A stretch of 64,000 bases of DNA from Aulosira sp. ZfuVER01 (GCA_034530615.2 JAVRCV020000052.1:224001-288000); one strand, 5' to 3'; positions 49,686-61,107 are shown, counted from the first letter of the stretch. Translations and numbers: made by a program. The notes: a model not told the origin generated them from the sequence alone.

Positions 49686-50726
49686 GTGCTTAAGATGACA
49701 AATACGCCTCCTCCCGATCCTGAGTCATCACCAAACAATACCCTTGGCTTTGATGAATTTATCGCCATTCTGGTTGCCTTTAGCACTATTGGCGCAATTC
49801 TATTTTGGTCATTATCCCGTAAGGATTCTGGCTGGAATTTAGACGGGGTAATATCTCCAAATGCGTCACCCAGTGTTCAGCTAAATCAAGGGTTATCTTC
49901 TCCTACACAGAAGGCACAACCAAAAAATGCAGGTACCTTGCCATCACCTCTGCCTACACCTCTTTTTGAACCTAGTAGTGTTCCACTAGCTATTGACCAG
50001 GTGCCACCCACACATATCACTCCAGCTTTTCCCGCACAGCAACAAGCACCTGTATCATCATCTAGCAGAGTCATTGCACAACCATTCTCTCTGGTAACGC
50101 CCTCGAAGAATAAGTCAACCATTCCGCCACCTATTGCATTTAACGATGTACCTGCTGATTTTTGGGGTCGGCGTTTTATTAATGTTCTTTCTTCTCGGGG
50201 TATTATCAAAGGCTTTCCAGATTATTCCTTTAGACCAAATCAGCCTGTAAAACGCGGGGAATTTGCTGCCATACTGCAACAAGCATTTGAAAACAAGTCT
50301 GGTAAAAATACCCTCAATTTTAAAGATGTCAAAGTAGAATTCTGGGCGACTCCAGCAATTAACCAAGCTATCAGTACAGGATTTTTGAAGGGTTATCCGA
50401 ATCAGACCTTTCAACCAGAACAAAAAATTTCGCGGGTGCAAGTTTTGGTAGCCTTGGTTAGCGGGTTGAATCTGAAAACACCTGCATCTCCAGAGCAAGT
50501 TTTAAAAATTTACAAAGATGCTAAAGATATTCCTAAATATGCAACTGATAAAATAGCATCTGCCACAGCCAATGGACTGGTTGTCAATTATCCCGATCCC
50601 GCGGTCTTGTCGCCCAATAAAGAAGCTACCCGTGCTGAAGTAGCTGCTATGGTCTATCAAGCTTTAGTGAAAATGGGGCGATTAGAGGCAATTCCTTCTC
50701 AAAACATTGTACGCTTGCCCCAGTAA
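49686..50726 (+). CDS. S-layer homology (SLH) domain protein with N-terminal TM
   Basis: Three SLH repeats (FNDVPADFW...GFPDYSFRPNQPVKRGE; FKDV...GYPNQTFQPEQKISR; YKDAKDI...PNKEATRAE); start may be ATG 49695. Confidence 0.88.
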   Translation: MLKMTNTPPPDPESSPNNTLGFDEFIAILVAFSTIGAILFWSLSRKDSGWNLDGVISPNASPSVQLNQGLSSPTQKAQPKNAGTLPSPLPTPLFEPSSVPLAIDQVPPTHITPAFPAQQQAPVSSSSRVIAQPFSLVTPSKNKSTIPPPIAFNDVPADFWGRRFINVLSSRGIIKGFPDYSFRPNQPVKRGEFAAILQQAFENKSGKNTLNFKDVKVEFWATPAINQAISTGFLKGYPNQTFQPEQKISRVQVLVALVSGLNLKTPASPEQVLKIYKDAKDIPKYATDKIASATANGLVVNYPDPAVLSPNKEATRAEVAAMVYQALVKMGRLEAIPSQNIVRLPQ

Positions 50727-50744
50727 ACCGAGAATAACTAGGGT

Positions 50745-50897
50745 TCGGATAAGCCCACAGGCTGAAGTCTTGGGTTATAAGACACTGTTAGGTGAACGAA
50801 GACTCGGAGGTAGGCTTTAGGGCTTATCTGAACCATATTAGTGAAGACACTGTAGATCTAAGTTTGTGTAGCCGCATCCTTGAGGATGACGGCTACA
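50745..50897. repeat. REP-like palindromic repeat remnants between convergent genes
   Basis: gataagccc...gggcttatc and tgtagccg-catcc-ttga-ggatg-a-cggctaca; tttgtgtagcc also appears inverted at about 56680-56691. Confidence 0.5.
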
Positions 50898-50999
50898 GTT
50901 AAGCAAACCGTATTGTGACAACTTTCACTGATATTTATATTTAATAGCAGTGTAGAGCATACACATTAGGTTGAAACCTGTGGTCAACAATACATTAGC

Positions 51000-51440
51000 C
51001 TACGAGTCTTTACCTACAACCTGTGATTTGAGGGTTGTAATTTCGTTGGTTAACTCTTTCCTGGTTGAAGCTTTGAGTAGATAGCGATAAACAAACCAGG
51101 CGGAGTAACCAATACCAATCAATTCAAAGGTAGGTGCTACTAAGGGTATATCGTTCAACGAATCCAAGATTGCCAAGAGTACCTTAACCGCGACAATTGC
51201 TCCTACAATTAAGCCGACGGAAACTAAGGGCTGCTTGTATTGATTAAAGAAGTTTCCGAGATATTCAGGTAGTGTTCCTAAAAAGCCAGAAATTTGTTCT
51301 CCGTATTTTAGCCATTGCTCTTGAGACTGCACAGGAGGCTGGAGTTTGGTTATGGTTCCTGTTTGGCTGTTGATATCTGTCATCGTGGTCTCTGAAGACT
51401 TGGTTTCTGTGAATTCCGGTTCTTGCATTTTCGCTTCCAT
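51000..51440 (-). CDS. curT: CAAD-domain thylakoid curvature protein (CURT1/CurT homolog)
   Basis: LAILDSLNDIPLVAPTFELIGIGYSAWFVYRYLLKASTRKEL is the CAAD signature. Confidence 0.88.
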   Translation of the reverse strand: MEAKMQEPEFTETKSSETTMTDINSQTGTITKLQPPVQSQEQWLKYGEQISGFLGTLPEYLGNFFNQYKQPLVSVGLIVGAIVAVKVLLAILDSLNDIPLVAPTFELIGIGYSAWFVYRYLLKASTRKELTNEITTLKSQVVGKDS

Positions 51441-52025
51441 AAATTGTAACAGTTGAGTTTCTCTAATCTGGACAATTACAACCTAAAGGTTGTTGATTAG
51501 GTGATGCATGAGAGCATCAGTACAACTGAGTTTGGGTTCAAAAGGGTTTTAGTGTCCTATCACCATAATTGTCCTTTAACCACTACTTCATCAACTACAA
51601 GGTAGCAAGTCAGTAGGAGGATAGAAGTCAGAAGGCGGCAGGCGCTATAAAAAATCAGCTTTCTGAGTTCTGTTTTTTAAATCAACTGGAATCCTCAGGT
51701 TGCTATTATCCCATGTCATGTCAGTTGCCCATTATCGTACTCATTAGAAGTACAAATCATGCAAAAGTCAGTCCACCTCTTATTTATACAAGCTTAAAAC
51801 CCGATTTTATCGGATATTAAAGCTATCTTAAGCAGTGTTCCTCAATTAACCCATTCGTAGTGATATTAATACGGAATAAAAGTTTTTATGTAGTTAATGT
51901 ACTAGACAGAAAAATTGTTTTATGATATGCAGCTATATTAGTTTTATGACTGAGAAAAAGCCTCTCATAAATATTTCAGCTATATTAGCAATCAATACAA
52001 TATTTTTATTTATAGATAAGGCTGG

Positions 52026-52115
52026 CTAGTACCGCTACGCAAAATGCGTAATTACCTTTTCGCAAGGGTTTCAGACATTTCCAATGGGTTGTTTATTTAT
52101 GTCGTACTGTACTAG
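52026..52115. mobile_element. Short MITE-like element with CTAG-bounded inverted ends
   Basis: CTAGTACCGCTACG... and ...GTCGTACTGTACTAG; 90 bp, no ORF. Confidence 0.5.
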
Positions 52116-52342
52116 CAGCTTGCAGCCAAAAATATTACTGGGCTGATGTTTATCTATAACCCCTATGTCCTAATTATTTTTCCTGGGTCAGGTAAAATCA
52201 AGCTTTGTATCTTAATTACAAAAATGTTGAAAATATCCTTCTCTTCTTGGAGAGCAGATTTAGGATTAGGCTAGCTAAAATTCAGTTTTTCTTATCCTAA
52301 ATCTTTAAACTCCAAGTTATGTTAATACTTACTTAGTTCAGC

Positions 52343-52798
52343 TTAGTCCCAATCGCGAATTTCTGCACCTTCTCCACCAATACCAATTCCGGTGTTAAAT
52401 ATTTCTGCATCAGTGATAGTTAGGTTATTCATTGATGCTTGATACACATTAGAATCGTAAATTTTAGCACGAGTCAAATTGGCATTATCGAGATTAGCTT
52501 GCTTCAAATTTACATTAGTTATGTAAGCTGAAGTTAAGTTAGCACCTGATAAGTTTGCGCCAGTGAGATCGGCTCCTTCAAGGTTAGCTCCAGCCAAATT
52601 TGCTTTTTGGAGATTTGCACCTCTAAGATCTGCTCCAATCAAATGAGCGCTGCTAAGGTTGGCTCCTACGAGATCGCACTTGATACATTCCCCAGTTGAC
52701 AACAACTTTTGTAAGTCTTGCGGATTATCAGCTTTCACTACGTTAGTGAAAAAGAGGGGAGTTGCTAAGGCTAGAACTGCTAATAGCTGGAGTTTCAT
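52343..52798 (-). CDS. Exported pentapeptide repeat protein
   Basis: Signal peptide from MKLQLL (52798), CIKCDL, tandem A(N/D)LxG pentapeptides. Confidence 0.9.
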   Translation of the reverse strand: MKLQLLAVLALATPLFFTNVVKADNPQDLQKLLSTGECIKCDLVGANLSSAHLIGADLRGANLQKANLAGANLEGADLTGANLSGANLTSAYITNVNLKQANLDNANLTRAKIYDSNVYQASMNNLTITDAEIFNTGIGIGGEGAEIRDWD

Positions 52799-53109
52799 AA
52801 TTTCCCCCTTTGTACTCAAGTTAGATCCGTTCTTTTCCTCACAATTCTATTATCTCACTAAATTTCTGTAATTATGTTAATTGAGTACACAAGCAGTTTG
52901 AGGGATAAAACTTGTTTTGTATTGATGCTAACAGGCTTTTGTTAAGGCTTTGGGGTGATAAATGAGCCGTAAATTATGAAAACTTGTGTCTGTTAGATTC
53001 CTGTTAAATCTTATTAAGGAATGGCACAAAAAGACATAGTTTGTCATGGAAGTTTAACAGAAATTTTCCTGTTGCCTAGTAATACTGTTGATAAGTAATA
53101 CTTGAGCCT

Positions 53110-53976
53110 TCAAAGCATTAAAAAATCTCGCATATACTGATTGACTAAATCAGGTTTTTCTTGCTGCACCCAATGGCTACAGTTAGGAATATATTTTATT
53201 TGAAAGTTTTTGACATAGGCTTCTGTGTCATAACTTAATTCTTTACCCAGAGCAGTATCATTTTCACCCCAAATCATCAGTGTTGGTACTTGTAAAATGC
53301 CCCAATTTGTTTTTAATATTCTCTGCCGAAAAATGTTCCGGTAATAATTTAACATGGCTGTGAGAGCGCCAGTTTTAGCAGCAGCATTTTTAAAAGCGTC
53401 AATGTCTGCTGGGGTAAAACTATTTTTGTCAACTGCCATACCTTTAAAAGCTTTTTCAACTGCTGCATAGTCTGAGCGTTTGATGACTAACTCTGGTAGC
53501 CAAGGTAGTTGGAAAAAGAAAATATAAGAGCTACGGAGTAGTTGTTGAGGAGTACGTAAACCCTGAGTAAATTTTGCCGGATGAGGCAGATTAAGTATAA
53601 TTAATCGCTCTAACATATCTGGGTGAGTGTATGCAAAATTCCACGCGATCGCACCTCCCCAATCATGCCCGACTAAAACACATTGATCGTATCCTAAGCC
53701 TTTAATTACGCCCTCAATATCTTTGACAAATTCATCCATCACATAAGCTGATTTCTCCTTTGGTTTATCGCTGTCGTTGTAACCACGTAAATCAAGGGCA
53801 ACTACTTTAAAGTATTTGGCAAATTCTGGTATTTGATGCCGCCAAGAATACCAAAATTCTGGAAACCCGTGTAACATCAGCATTAAAGGCCCTTCACCTT
53901 GAGTGACGTAGTGCAGTTTCACTCCATTAGTGGTGATATATTCGTGTGTCCAGGAAGGTTGTATTACAGATGTCAT
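53110..53976 (-). CDS. Alpha/beta hydrolase (epoxide hydrolase-like)
   Basis: HGFPEFWYSW, DLRGYNDS, GHDWGG nucleophile Asp, SHWVQQE. Confidence 0.92.
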   Translation of the reverse strand: MTSVIQPSWTHEYITTNGVKLHYVTQGEGPLMLMLHGFPEFWYSWRHQIPEFAKYFKVVALDLRGYNDSDKPKEKSAYVMDEFVKDIEGVIKGLGYDQCVLVGHDWGGAIAWNFAYTHPDMLERLIILNLPHPAKFTQGLRTPQQLLRSSYIFFFQLPWLPELVIKRSDYAAVEKAFKGMAVDKNSFTPADIDAFKNAAAKTGALTAMLNYYRNIFRQRILKTNWGILQVPTLMIWGENDTALGKELSYDTEAYVKNFQIKYIPNCSHWVQQEKPDLVNQYMRDFLML

Positions 53977-54192
53977 TGATCTGACTCCATGTTGATAAAA
54001 AGTCTCTAAGAGATGATTAAATTATGTTGTATAATTATTTTATTGAAATCCGTTAAAAGAATAGTCAAGTAAAAATTTTATAGACAATAGTTTAAAAAGA
54101 TATTTCTTTAGCTAATGTAAATTTTGCCCTTGGATAGATGTAAATATGAAGTAAATATTGCTACAAAAATCTCATATATCCAGGCAAATCCT

Positions 54193-54993
54193 ATGACACA
54201 ACATCTTATACATCATCCTTCATCATGGGTAGAAAGACTAGCAAGATTTGGTTATGTATCTAAGGGAGTAGTTTACATTATCGTTGGGTTACTAGCAGTT
54301 CAAGTGGCTTTTGGTACAGGTGGTAGAACGACTGATACCAAAGGTGCTTTACAAACACTTGTCGAACAACCATTTGGTCAATTTCTACTAGCTTTAGTAG
54401 CAATTGGTTTAATTGGATATGTAATTTGGCGCTTTGTACAAGCAATAAAAGATCCAGAAAATAAAGGATGGTTACAGCGATTAGGTTATGCAATTAATGG
54501 TTTGTTATACGGGAGTTTAGCTTATAGCGCTGTACAAATTCTGCTCGGTTCTAAAGATAGTGGTAATAGTAACTCCACTCAAGATTGGACAGGACGCTTG
54601 CTTTCCCAACCATTTGGTCAATGGTTAGTGGGAACTTTAGGAGCGTTAATTGTTGGTTTTGGTTTTTATCAGTTTTACAAAGCTTATACTGCCAAGTTCC
54701 GCAGGAAACTTAATTTAACTGAGTTAAGTAATACAGAGCGTCAATGGGTGATGGCGATTTGTCGATTTGGTCTGATAGCCAGGGGTATTGTCTTCTGCAT
54801 TATTGGCTGGTTTCTGATTCAAGCAGCCACTCAATATAACGCTCAAGCGGCTGGAGGTTTGGATGAGGCGTTACAGACTTTGGCACAACAACCTTACGGC
54901 CCTTGGCTTTTAGGCTTTGTGGCACTGGGTTTAGTTGCTTATGGTATTTATATGACGATCAAAGCGCGGTATAGTCAGCTAGTCGTGAATTGA
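54193..54993 (+). CDS. DUF1206-type membrane protein
   Basis: Three repeats of ARxG...QPFG.LL..VA.GL; probable ATG at 54193. Confidence 0.8.
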   Translation: MTQHLIHHPSSWVERLARFGYVSKGVVYIIVGLLAVQVAFGTGGRTTDTKGALQTLVEQPFGQFLLALVAIGLIGYVIWRFVQAIKDPENKGWLQRLGYAINGLLYGSLAYSAVQILLGSKDSGNSNSTQDWTGRLLSQPFGQWLVGTLGALIVGFGFYQFYKAYTAKFRRKLNLTELSNTERQWVMAICRFGLIARGIVFCIIGWFLIQAATQYNAQAAGGLDEALQTLAQQPYGPWLLGFVALGLVAYGIYMTIKARYSQLVVN

Positions 54994-55026
54994 AAATCGC
55001 GGCACACCTTGTTTTTAGATACGCAC

Positions 55027-56181
55027 ATGAGCTTAATAGAAACACGCGGTGTCTGGCTTACCAATACCGATAGTAAAGTACTCAAGTCACAGCAGCGCAT
55101 TGCTGAGGCAATGGATTTTCTGGCTGAGACAGGATTTAATGTAGTGTTTCCTGTGGTTTGGAATAAGGGAATCACTCAGTATCGCAGCCAAACGATGCTG
55201 CAAACATTTGGTGTAGAAATTGACCCCAGCTTTGTTGGTCGTGACCCCTTAGCAGAAGTAATTGTCGAGGCGCGACGGGTTGGGTTAAAAGTAATCCCTT
55301 GGTTTGAATACGGCTTTGCCAGTTCTTACAACTTGAATGGCGGGATGCTGTTGCAGACAAAACCGGAATGGGCTGCACGCGATCGCAATGGTAAACTACT
55401 CAATAAAAATGGTTTTGAGTGGATGAATGCTCTCGATCCCCAAGTGCAAGAATTCTTATTGAACTTGGTGCGGGAAGTAGTGACCAATTATGATGTTGAT
55501 GGCATTCAAGGTGACGATCGCTTACCAGCCTTACCCTGTGAAGGTGGCTACGATGAAGGAACTATGGCACTTTATCGTCAGCAATTCAACCAAAATCCGC
55601 CGGAAAATCCTCAAGATGGGCAATGGCTACAATGGCGTGCGGATATTCTCACTGAATTTTTAGCCCGTCTCTACCGAGAAATCAAAGGAGTTAACTCGAA
55701 TTTAATTGTGTCGATGTCTCCCAATATTTATGATTGGGGCTTTAAAGAGTATCTACAAGATTCAGCTACTTGGCTAAATCGCGGAATTGTTGATATGATT
55801 CACCCGCAGATTTATCGCCGCGACTTCCTTAGTTATAAATGTATTGTTAATAAATTGGTAGACCAACAATTCACAGATGGAACACTACCAAAGTTAGCAC
55901 CAGGAATTTTAATGAAGCTTGGTTCTTACTGTATTACTCCTGAGCATCTGATTAAAGCAATTGAATGCAATCGCAAACGCGGTATTAAAGGAGAAGTATT
56001 CTTTTTCTATGAAGGTTTACGAGAAAATGACCGTGCTTTAGCTAAGGTACTCCGGAATGGCCCATACTCTGAGTCTGCAAAATTTCCCAGCTTGTCAGAT
56101 TTGAGTGGCAGTGGTTTAACTAGCAGGAGGACATCTTCGATTTGGCAGAAGTTGGTAAAGTTTTTCCGAAATCTTTTTTAA
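55027..56181 (+). CDS. Glycoside hydrolase-like family 10 (GHL10/UPF0748) protein
   Basis: ETRGVWL, GFNVVFPVVW, DPLAEVI.EA, IPWFEYG, YDVDGIQGDD, PQIYR. Confidence 0.82.
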   Translation: MSLIETRGVWLTNTDSKVLKSQQRIAEAMDFLAETGFNVVFPVVWNKGITQYRSQTMLQTFGVEIDPSFVGRDPLAEVIVEARRVGLKVIPWFEYGFASSYNLNGGMLLQTKPEWAARDRNGKLLNKNGFEWMNALDPQVQEFLLNLVREVVTNYDVDGIQGDDRLPALPCEGGYDEGTMALYRQQFNQNPPENPQDGQWLQWRADILTEFLARLYREIKGVNSNLIVSMSPNIYDWGFKEYLQDSATWLNRGIVDMIHPQIYRRDFLSYKCIVNKLVDQQFTDGTLPKLAPGILMKLGSYCITPEHLIKAIECNRKRGIKGEVFFFYEGLRENDRALAKVLRNGPYSESAKFPSLSDLSGSGLTSRRTSSIWQKLVKFFRNLF

Positions 56182-56185
56182 CTAG

Positions 56186-56617
56186 ATGCGTGGAGTATCA
56201 ATGCAGGTAGAACAGGTAATAAATATTCTTAAAAATGATTTGCCAACTCTTTTTGAGAAAGATATCTCTTATGACATATATACGCAGGATATCTACTTTC
56301 GCGATCCGGTGAATAAATTTAAGTATAAGTTTAACTATCGGATTATATTTTGGACTTTAAGATTTCACGCTCGGCTATTTTTTACTCAAATTTACTTTGA
56401 TTTACATGAAGTGAATCAATCAGCCGAAGATACAATTTTAGCTAAGTGGACAGTACGTGGTGTATTGCGTGTGCCTTGGAAAGCAAAGATATTTTTTAAT
56501 GGTTATTCAACTTATAAACTCAATCAAGATAATTTAATCCATGAACATATCGATACTTGGGATAGGAAACCAGGAGAGATTTTGCGGCAGTTTATCGCCA
56601 AAGGTGAAGATAGCTAA
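56186..56617 (+). CDS. DUF2358 (NTF2/SnoaL-like) protein
   Basis: YDIYTQDIYFRDPVNKF...W...GYSTYKL...IHEHIDTW. Confidence 0.8.
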   Translation: MRGVSMQVEQVINILKNDLPTLFEKDISYDIYTQDIYFRDPVNKFKYKFNYRIIFWTLRFHARLFFTQIYFDLHEVNQSAEDTILAKWTVRGVLRVPWKAKIFFNGYSTYKLNQDNLIHEHIDTWDRKPGEILRQFIAKGEDS

Positions 56618-56741
56618 AATGAGCGATCGCATCTTTTATAATTAAACTTAACTTGAGATCGCTCTCAGCCTAGAAGCCTGGGGCTACACAAACGAAGTCC
56701 GCGATTTCCAATCGCCCGGTGTTTCTAGAAGCTAGAAAACA

Positions 56742-57356
56742 ATGGTCAGCAGCCTTAAAGAACTTTTAGACGACCCAGAACTCGCTCATATTGACGACCC
56801 GGAAGAAAAGTTTGTCACTAGTGGCGTAAGTTGGCAAATGTACGAAGTGCTATTAACCAAACTAGAAGATAATTCTCATTACCATGTCACTTACTTGGAT
56901 GGAATCTTAGAAATTGTGTCACCGTCTATCAGACATGAAAATATCAAAAAACGTTTGGCTATTCTCATAGAACGCTATCTTTACTCTCAGCGAATTCGAT
57001 TCAGCCCTATGGGGAGTTCTACCATTAAAAAACAACTCAGACAAGCTGGATTAGAACCAGATGAATGCTATTGCATTGGAGAGAAGAAAGATATTCCAGA
57101 CTTAGCGATAGAGGTAATTATCACCAGTGGTAGCCTTGACAAACTAGAAAGTTATCGCCGCTTGGGAGTTGTTGAGGTTTGGGTTTGGCAAATTAATCGA
57201 CTCAGACTTTATCATTTGCGAGAACAAACACCATCTATATTGTTATATACCTACGGATACGAACAAATTATATCGAGTGAATTATTACCCGAACTCAATA
57301 TTGCTTTATTAGAACAATGTGTCCAGATTTCAGATGATATTCAAGCCATTGACTAA
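56742..57356 (+). CDS. Uma2 family restriction-endonuclease-like protein
   Basis: VSWQMYE, YLDGILEIVSPS..HE, EPDECY, PDLAIEV, K...Y..LGV.EVW. Confidence 0.88.
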   Translation: MVSSLKELLDDPELAHIDDPEEKFVTSGVSWQMYEVLLTKLEDNSHYHVTYLDGILEIVSPSIRHENIKKRLAILIERYLYSQRIRFSPMGSSTIKKQLRQAGLEPDECYCIGEKKDIPDLAIEVIITSGSLDKLESYRRLGVVEVWVWQINRLRLYHLREQTPSILLYTYGYEQIISSELLPELNIALLEQCVQISDDIQAID

Positions 57357-57515
57357 TTTGAACAAGGTTTGTAAGAGAGGGCGATCGCAGTCAATACAGC
57401 CGTCAGCTTCACAGGTTCCATACACTCAAGTAGATTGTAGAAATTACCTTATGTATATCTACTTAGAAGTATGACAGAAATTTTGACTGAGTTTCAAAAG
57501 ATTGGTTAATGAAGA

Positions 57516-58508
57516 TTAATTTGAAGTTTTCGGTTCAAATATTAGGTAAGTTCCTCCTAAGCCTTCTACAATTGTGCGCGTATTGGCAGCCATCATATTT
57601 TGATAAGTTTCTACCTCGCTTCCCACTTCTCCTAGCCCATCAGCATAGAGTTTTCTTTCAGAAACTTTGACTTCGTTTTCTTCGGCTACAGACTGCAAAA
57701 CTTTAGAGTTAATAGCTGTCTCCGGAAAGATTGTCGGAACTTTAGCTTGCTGAATATTTTTCGCCAAATTTTTTACTTGCGTAATTGTTGGTCTTTCTTC
57801 AGTACTAACACCTTCTAAAGTTCCTGCTAGGGAAATACCGTAAGCTTGGCTGTAATAGCTAAGTCCATTATGAGTGGTAACTAATCTGCGTTTATTAGTT
57901 GGAATACTAGCGATTCTAGCCTTTATCCAGCGATCTAGTTGAGTCAGTTCGTTGTTAATTTTTAACTTATTACTACTATATGTTTCGGCATTGCTGGGTT
58001 CTAATTTTCCCAAGTTAGTGCTAATTACATTCACCATCCTGATAGCATTCTTCACATTGTGCCAGATGTGAGGATCAGCTACTATATTGCCATCTTCCCG
58101 AAACTTCTGGGGCTTGGGAACTGCAATTTGTGCAACAGCAATTTTAGGTGCAATGCTTTTAGTTGCTTTAATTAGTTTGTTCAATCCTGGTTCCAAATTA
58201 TAGCCGTTATAAAGAATCAGATTAGCTTGTTCAATAGCTTTGCGATCTTCCGGCTTTGGCTGATAAAGATGGGGGTCTGCACCAGGGGGAATCAAGCAGG
58301 TAAGGTTAATTGTATTCCTAGCAATTTGTCTTGTTAGGTCACATATTATACTTGTTGTAGCAACAACTTTCGGAAGATTATAATTAACCCTAGTCGTGGT
58401 TTGGGTGAATGAAGTGCTTGTTGCTTGGTTAACACACCCAAAAAATCCTATCGTCATAGTGAGTGAAACAGCACGGATAAAATTAATATTTAGTATGTTT
58501 TTTGACAT
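57516..58508 (-). CDS. Metal (Zn/Mn) ABC transporter substrate-binding lipoprotein, TroA/ZnuA family
   Basis: Lipobox FFGC, VVATTSII, DPHLYQP, DPHIW, VTTHNG, YADGLG (probable His/His/His/Asp site). Confidence 0.88.
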   Translation of the reverse strand: MSKNILNINFIRAVSLTMTIGFFGCVNQATSTSFTQTTTRVNYNLPKVVATTSIICDLTRQIARNTINLTCLIPPGADPHLYQPKPEDRKAIEQANLILYNGYNLEPGLNKLIKATKSIAPKIAVAQIAVPKPQKFREDGNIVADPHIWHNVKNAIRMVNVISTNLGKLEPSNAETYSSNKLKINNELTQLDRWIKARIASIPTNKRRLVTTHNGLSYYSQAYGISLAGTLEGVSTEERPTITQVKNLAKNIQQAKVPTIFPETAINSKVLQSVAEENEVKVSERKLYADGLGEVGSEVETYQNMMAANTRTIVEGLGGTYLIFEPKTSN

Positions 58509-58949
58509 TGCGTACTCCGGCTGATTGGATAATAAAGATAATTATGATGGTGAGTTAATCAGTAAAATACTCAAATTTCACGAATTGCTGTCAAATATTG
58601 AGATTGTGACACTTTATAGTCTGATAACCTAATGAGTGCAACAGTAGGCAGGGAAACTAGAGGTTATGTAGGGTTTAGCGCCTGAGATCGTTTTGCCAAG
58701 TTGGTTTTGCAAGCATAGTATCGTTACGAGAAATTCAAACAGCTTGTATTATAGGCTTTTGGACTATTTTGTAAATGTAACGGGTATGTTGATTTGCGCG
58801 ATCGTTTTACCAGTCGTGATTTTAAGAAATTGTAGCGATGACTTTACCGCCTGTGGTAAGTTGGTAAATTGGCAAATTCAACAAGAGTCGATTGGGTAAG
58901 CCTTGCCATTGCCCACATTTTTGTAAAAGTCAAAGTATCGCGCTAACCG

Positions 58950-59195
58950 TTATCTCGTCCGCAGGCTTTGTGCAATTAGCCGCACCATTCTATGGTGAGT
59001 CCAGTCGGTGGTGTCGGTTTCCATCCCGTCAAACTGGCGTTCGCCGTAGGGGTTCTCGGAGAGTGACTGCGAGATAAGCGAAGGGTATTACCCCTTATTA
59101 GCCAGATGCATCCTAAGCCGGACATCTAAATCCATCTTATTTCAGCAACATTCGACCGTATGTGTATCTCAAAAATCAAATACCAGTCCTATACA
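58950..59195. repeat. Degenerate composite of small dispersed hairpin repeats
   Basis: GC-rich patch in an AT-rich spacer; ccagtcg...cggtttcc...aactggcgt (58998-59040) is related to the elements at 2823 and 6096. Confidence 0.5.
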
Positions 59196-59704
59196 TATTG
59201 ATGCTGGTTGACTTCAAGTGTTTCAAACTAGCACTAATGCCCAATAATTATGGTTGCTGAAAGGACTGCTGCTCTGATTAAGAATTAATGATAGATGAAA
59301 ATTTTATACTTGGGATTTGTTTAATATTTATACTTACTAAATGGGGATAAACCCTCAGGTGAATTGACTACACGGATAATAAAATATAAGAGATATCAGT
59401 TGTTTGTCAATGGGAATATTTTACCAATGGCTGCTCTGTGGTGACACTGCTATAAAAACCTTCTAAAGTTATAACTACTACTTTAGTATTAGCAAAATAT
59501 CATTGCTTCCAAGATGAGTTATTTGTTCATTCTGGGCAAACAATAGGTTTTTGGTTTGGAGAGTGCATATTTCTTCAAAACCAAATCTAAATAGTAATTA
59601 ATTATGTGGTTTGCGACCTCAGCATTATGCAATTTATAATGCCATTTTTCCGAGCAGACTTATCCGAAAATTGCGCCACTAATGCAAACAAGTAAGACAA
59701 ATTT

Positions 59705-60898
59705 ATGGTTAACTCTTTCGATTCTCGTCCAGAGGTTTTATGGCGACAAGTTTGGGGATTAGCTGCTTTAGTGGCTGGAATTATCTTCAGTTGGATGACT
59801 TACAATTTTTATCAACCAAAAATATTACAAAAGCTGGAGTTTGTAGAATTAGCAGGTTGGCTAGGGATAATACAAGGCTTACTGGCCGCATTTATCGAAC
59901 CTTTTGTAGGGCGATTTTCTGATCGCATCCAACAGCGCTTAGGCAATCGCTTACCCATGATTAGTATAGGCGTAACACTGGCAGGCTCGATTTTTGTCAT
60001 TGTCTCGCTGTTACTAGAACAGAAGTTGCAAGGAGGTATCCGCTGGTTAGTACCTGCACTGATGACGGCGTGGGTAATCGCCATGATTATTTTTCGCGGC
60101 CCGGCGATCGCATTATTAACACAGTTTGCACCTGTAACCGAATTACCCCAAGCTAATGCTGTTTTAGTATTCGTATTTGGCTTTATTGGAGCTATTGGGC
60201 CAGTATTAAATATTTTTATCAATAATATTGGTGCCTCAATGACTTTTTTGTTAGGAGCGATCGCTTTGGTGATGGGAGGATATATTTTGCGATCGTTAAC
60301 TCCTATACATACCTGGAAGCCCTATCCTATAAATGAGGATGTTCCAGCTAATGCTCCTACTTTATTATTAATTTTAATTTTTGTGGTTGGTTTGGGTACA
60401 GGATTAGAAGTAAACCTATTAATGTCGATATTTCCTCAAGAATTGCAAACTCAATTCCCTGGTGTCAGACTAGAATTTATTACCTCTGGCATACTTTTCG
60501 TATCTGCGATCGCTTCCGTTGTTTTGGGAGAATGGACGGCGCAAATAGGTGCTAATAAAGCAATGTTACTAGGCTTAGGCACAATGACCGGCTCAATGGG
60601 AATGGCTTTATTAAATGACATCGACGCATTTGTGGTTGGTTATATAGTTGCTTTTGGTGTGAGTTTTAGCTTAATTTTTGTGAGTATGATTCCCTTTTGC
60701 TTAGGAAAAGTTCCCTCTCATCAAACAGGTTTAGCTACTGGTTTATATTTTAGTGGTAGTGCGGGAGCCACTGCTTTAGTAGCACTTTTAATTAAGCAAG
60801 CGCTGATAGGATCGTTAGGAGCATTTTTATTGGCTGAGTTTGCTTTTTTTGTAGTAGCTGGATGTATTGCAATCACTAAGAAAATCAAAATTAGTTGA
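59705..60898 (+). CDS. Major facilitator superfamily transporter
   Basis: About 12 hydrophobic segments; GRFSDRIQQRLGNRLP motif A variant. Confidence 0.88.
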   Translation: MVNSFDSRPEVLWRQVWGLAALVAGIIFSWMTYNFYQPKILQKLEFVELAGWLGIIQGLLAAFIEPFVGRFSDRIQQRLGNRLPMISIGVTLAGSIFVIVSLLLEQKLQGGIRWLVPALMTAWVIAMIIFRGPAIALLTQFAPVTELPQANAVLVFVFGFIGAIGPVLNIFINNIGASMTFLLGAIALVMGGYILRSLTPIHTWKPYPINEDVPANAPTLLLILIFVVGLGTGLEVNLLMSIFPQELQTQFPGVRLEFITSGILFVSAIASVVLGEWTAQIGANKAMLLGLGTMTGSMGMALLNDIDAFVVGYIVAFGVSFSLIFVSMIPFCLGKVPSHQTGLATGLYFSGSAGATALVALLIKQALIGSLGAFLLAEFAFFVVAGCIAITKKIKIS

Positions 60899-61107
60899 TT
60901 TACTCATACTTTTGCATCTATTCAGAGAGTACGTAACTTTGCTACTAAGCCATCGGCTTACGCTTGGGCTGCTAATTATCTAAGTATAAATACATAAAAA
61001 AGCGATCGCATTCATGAATTTTTCAAGAAGTTGTTTCAGGTGGACAGGCGATCGCACAATTTTTAGTTAAGCTATAAGCGCTAATATTCAGGATTATTGA
61101 GCGCTTT

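Noticed and set aside
58693..59077. ORFs 58693-58899 and 58892-59077
   Set aside because: TTG starts, no motifs, and the second overlaps degenerate repeats.
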